DNA of 32,000 nt from positions 150,001 to 182,000 of the forward strand of contig NW_008806288.1 in the NCBI RefSeq assembly GCF_000400465.1. The letters are read 5' to 3'. This DNA comes from Wallemia ichthyophaga EXF-994 (Eukaryota > Fungi > Basidiomycota). Below the pieces are notes generated by a model that saw only the letters and a list, made by a program, of their open reading frames with translations, was not told the origin of the DNA and did no database searches. The position numbers were made by a program, and so were the translations under genes. Below are positions 29,506 through 32,000 of the stretch, in pieces (the first letter of the stretch is position 1; each line of letters starts with the position of its first letter).

Positions 29506-31970
29506 ATGGATTTGAAAAAGCGCAAAATCGCAGATGAAGAAAATAACGAGATAGACAGCGACGACGCTTTATTAGAGGTGAGCTTTGAGAATATCCCCAT
29601 CTCCCTTCTCACTCACTCTTCCCAAGGCTTTCAGGAAAGAAGCAATCTGGAGGCAGATGAGGGAGTATAAGAGGCAGTACGAGCTCGCTGTTAATAGACT
29701 CCAGGCGCTGGAATCAAAGTCGAGCTCGCTGCAGTCCTCGCTATCCTCCGTAGAGGTGTGCTGGAATGAACTAATCGATGTTCTCCAGCTAGTCATCGTG
29801 CCTTCATCCTCTGTACAATCTAACGACGCTCTCAAAGACTTTCTCGATTATTCAAACAGCCAAGACCTCGCTCTCCTCAACTCTGCTCTTTCCGTCAGAT
29901 CAGGGGCTACCAAGGAGCTAATCGGCTCAGTACTCACTACTGCAACACGCAGCCTATCCCCAGACGCTGTACAGCTTCAGAAACAAGCTCATATGTATCA
30001 GCAACAGTCTAATTCCTATAAACAGGAATTGCGGCTGACGAGGCTGCAGCTTGAAGAATGTCAGTCTCAATGGGAAACCACCAAGGATAGATTGCTAAAT
30101 GCAGAAAAGCAAGTTGATAGAGTTAAATCATCTCTTATTCCAAAAGTTCATCAAGAAGCCGCTCCTGCAAAGGCTGATTCTCCAATACACATTCAAAAAG
30201 CTGACTCTGTTGATCACGTCAAGTCTGAACCTAGTCAAGCACCTTCACCCGCTCCCAAAGAACCATCTCAGCCTCCACCGCCCGGTCCGACGAAAGAAGA
30301 ATTGGAAGATGCACGCAAGTTAGCTATGCAGAGAATGACGGAATCTGTTGAATTGAGAGCTGATAGAGTTAAGCTTTGTCAGGAGATTGACAGTCTTAGA
30401 GTTACGCTCAAGCGGCCTAACGATGAAGCTATTATTGAGTCAGGGCTTTACAAAGACCTTCAACACCAGATAGATCATTTTCAAACTGATGCAGATACTG
30501 CTAAAGCACAATACAATCAATTACAGAAACAAGTGGAATCAATTCTCACATCGAGGGGAGAATACGAAGATGGTTTGAAATCAGAGATCAACTCTCAAGT
30601 GGAAGACGTTTTGCAAAGATTACAGGCAAAGGAAGCTGATATCAATAGGCTAAGAGGTCAGCGAGAAGAACTTAACAGCGAACTTAACGTTAGGCGTACA
30701 AAAGATTATGGCAAACTGCAGTACATTGAACAAACTCAGCAACTATCTGAATCAAGACTAGAACGAATAAGCTGTCTAAAATCCGAAACACAGCGTTTGA
30801 AAGGACGTATTGCTGCTGGATATGGAAATCAAACTGCTTACCACGCTATCATGGGCGATAACGTGAATGAGGATGATTTCAATTTGACTATTAAACTCGA
30901 TACCCAATTAAAAATTGCTAGTGAAGAAATAACAAGTTTGAAGAGTCAAATTAGGAATCTCCAACAAGAAGGTGATGTACATCTTAGGCTGGAGCAAGCT
31001 GAGAAAAAGCTGAGTGCATTCGAGAAAGCTTTCGGTGAAGCAGCTGATCCTGAAGTCCAAAAGCTAGTTAATACAATTAATCAGAGAGATGAACGGATAA
31101 GAAAACTTGAACTACAAAATACCGAATCTGAAACTACATCGAATGCAATATACGGCGAGATTGAGAGATTATCGAAAGCATGGGAGGTTCTTGATGAGCA
31201 GAACAGATCGAAGATATTTGACTTGCAACATCTCGAAGAGAAAGTGACGAGGCTAATGACAGAGAAGGCTAAAGCTGACAACAAATATTTTGCTGCAATG
31301 AGAGCCAAAGACGCAATTGATATTGAGCGGAAGACGGCTCAAAGGACACATGAAAAACAGTCAAAAACAATTGAAAAGCTACTTGAAACGGAAAAGCAAC
31401 TGGAAAATCAAGTGTCAATTCATGAAAAAGAGCTTGTGGTGTATTCAAATAAAACCAAAGCATTGGAAGATAGAATGTTCTCAACTGAACGAGAATTGAG
31501 CAGTGCGAGATTACTGTCTGACGAGTCAAAGAGAAGGCTAATGGAGGTTTCCACCAAGTTGAATGAAAGGCACGTCATGTACGAAGATGAGAGAGCAGCA
31601 AAAAGAAGACTAGAAGAGGACAATACGAAGCTGCGCAGTGATTTACAAAGGATTCCAACCAATGGACAAGTAAGTAGTGGTGTAATGAACGGCATTCACA
31701 CAGCCAAAGAGGAGAATTTGCAGAGAGAGCGTGACCAGCTGTTTGTGAGTTGAGAGTTTAGCGTCAACATCACTAGCTAACCAAACAAATCAGTTCTTGC
31801 TTCGTTGCTCGACTTGCAAAAACGAGCTGAAATCACATTGCATAACTAGATGTATGCACACATTCTGCAAATCGTGCATCGACGCGCGTATTGAAACCCG
31901 ACAAAGAAAATGCCCAATCTGTCAAATAGGTTTCTCTGCTTCAGAAGTCCAGAAATTGCAGTGGGCTTAA
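29506..31970 (+). CDS. BRE1: E3 ubiquitin ligase Bre1 (H2B ubiquitination); 3 exons
   Basis: AFRKEAIWRQMREYKR, long coiled coil, EKAKADNKYFAAMRAKD, and C-terminal RING CSTCK...CMHTFCKSC...RQRKCPIC. Introns 29578-29626 and 31745-31793. Confidence 0.94.
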
Positions 31971-32000
31971 TTACCCATGGCTATTTGAATAAACACCTAA

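Overview
Gene-dense eukaryotic (fungal) genomic DNA. Very short GT-AG introns (mostly 42-56 nt), tiny intergenic spacers and an Rrm4 orthologue point to a compact basidiomycete genome; Wallemia-like is my inference, not verified. I reconstructed 18 spliced or unspliced protein genes by hand: a RhoGEF, RPS28, a PIG-Y/Eri1-like microprotein, KAE1, FYV6/FAM192A, an unknown helical protein, SRF1, a REEP/HVA22 protein, RRM4, RPL9, RPT5, UBP15/USP7, VPS37, CTK2 cyclin, SSE1/Hsp110, PHB2, a divergent homeodomain-like protein and BRE1. There is also a decayed F-box pseudogene. No transposon, CRISPR array, rRNA or tRNA was seen. Main leads: (1) two operon-like same-strand runs with stop-to-start gaps of 52/17/101/1 nt and 24/46 nt, including a TAA-A-ATG junction, suggesting polycistronic mRNAs or translational coupling; (2) introns well above the modal size carry hairpins that bring their effective length back to about 48-58 nt; (3) several ORF-less, base-paired intergenic blocks that look like unannotated ncRNAs. 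All gene models, family assignments and RNA pairings were made by eye, without database searches or folding software.
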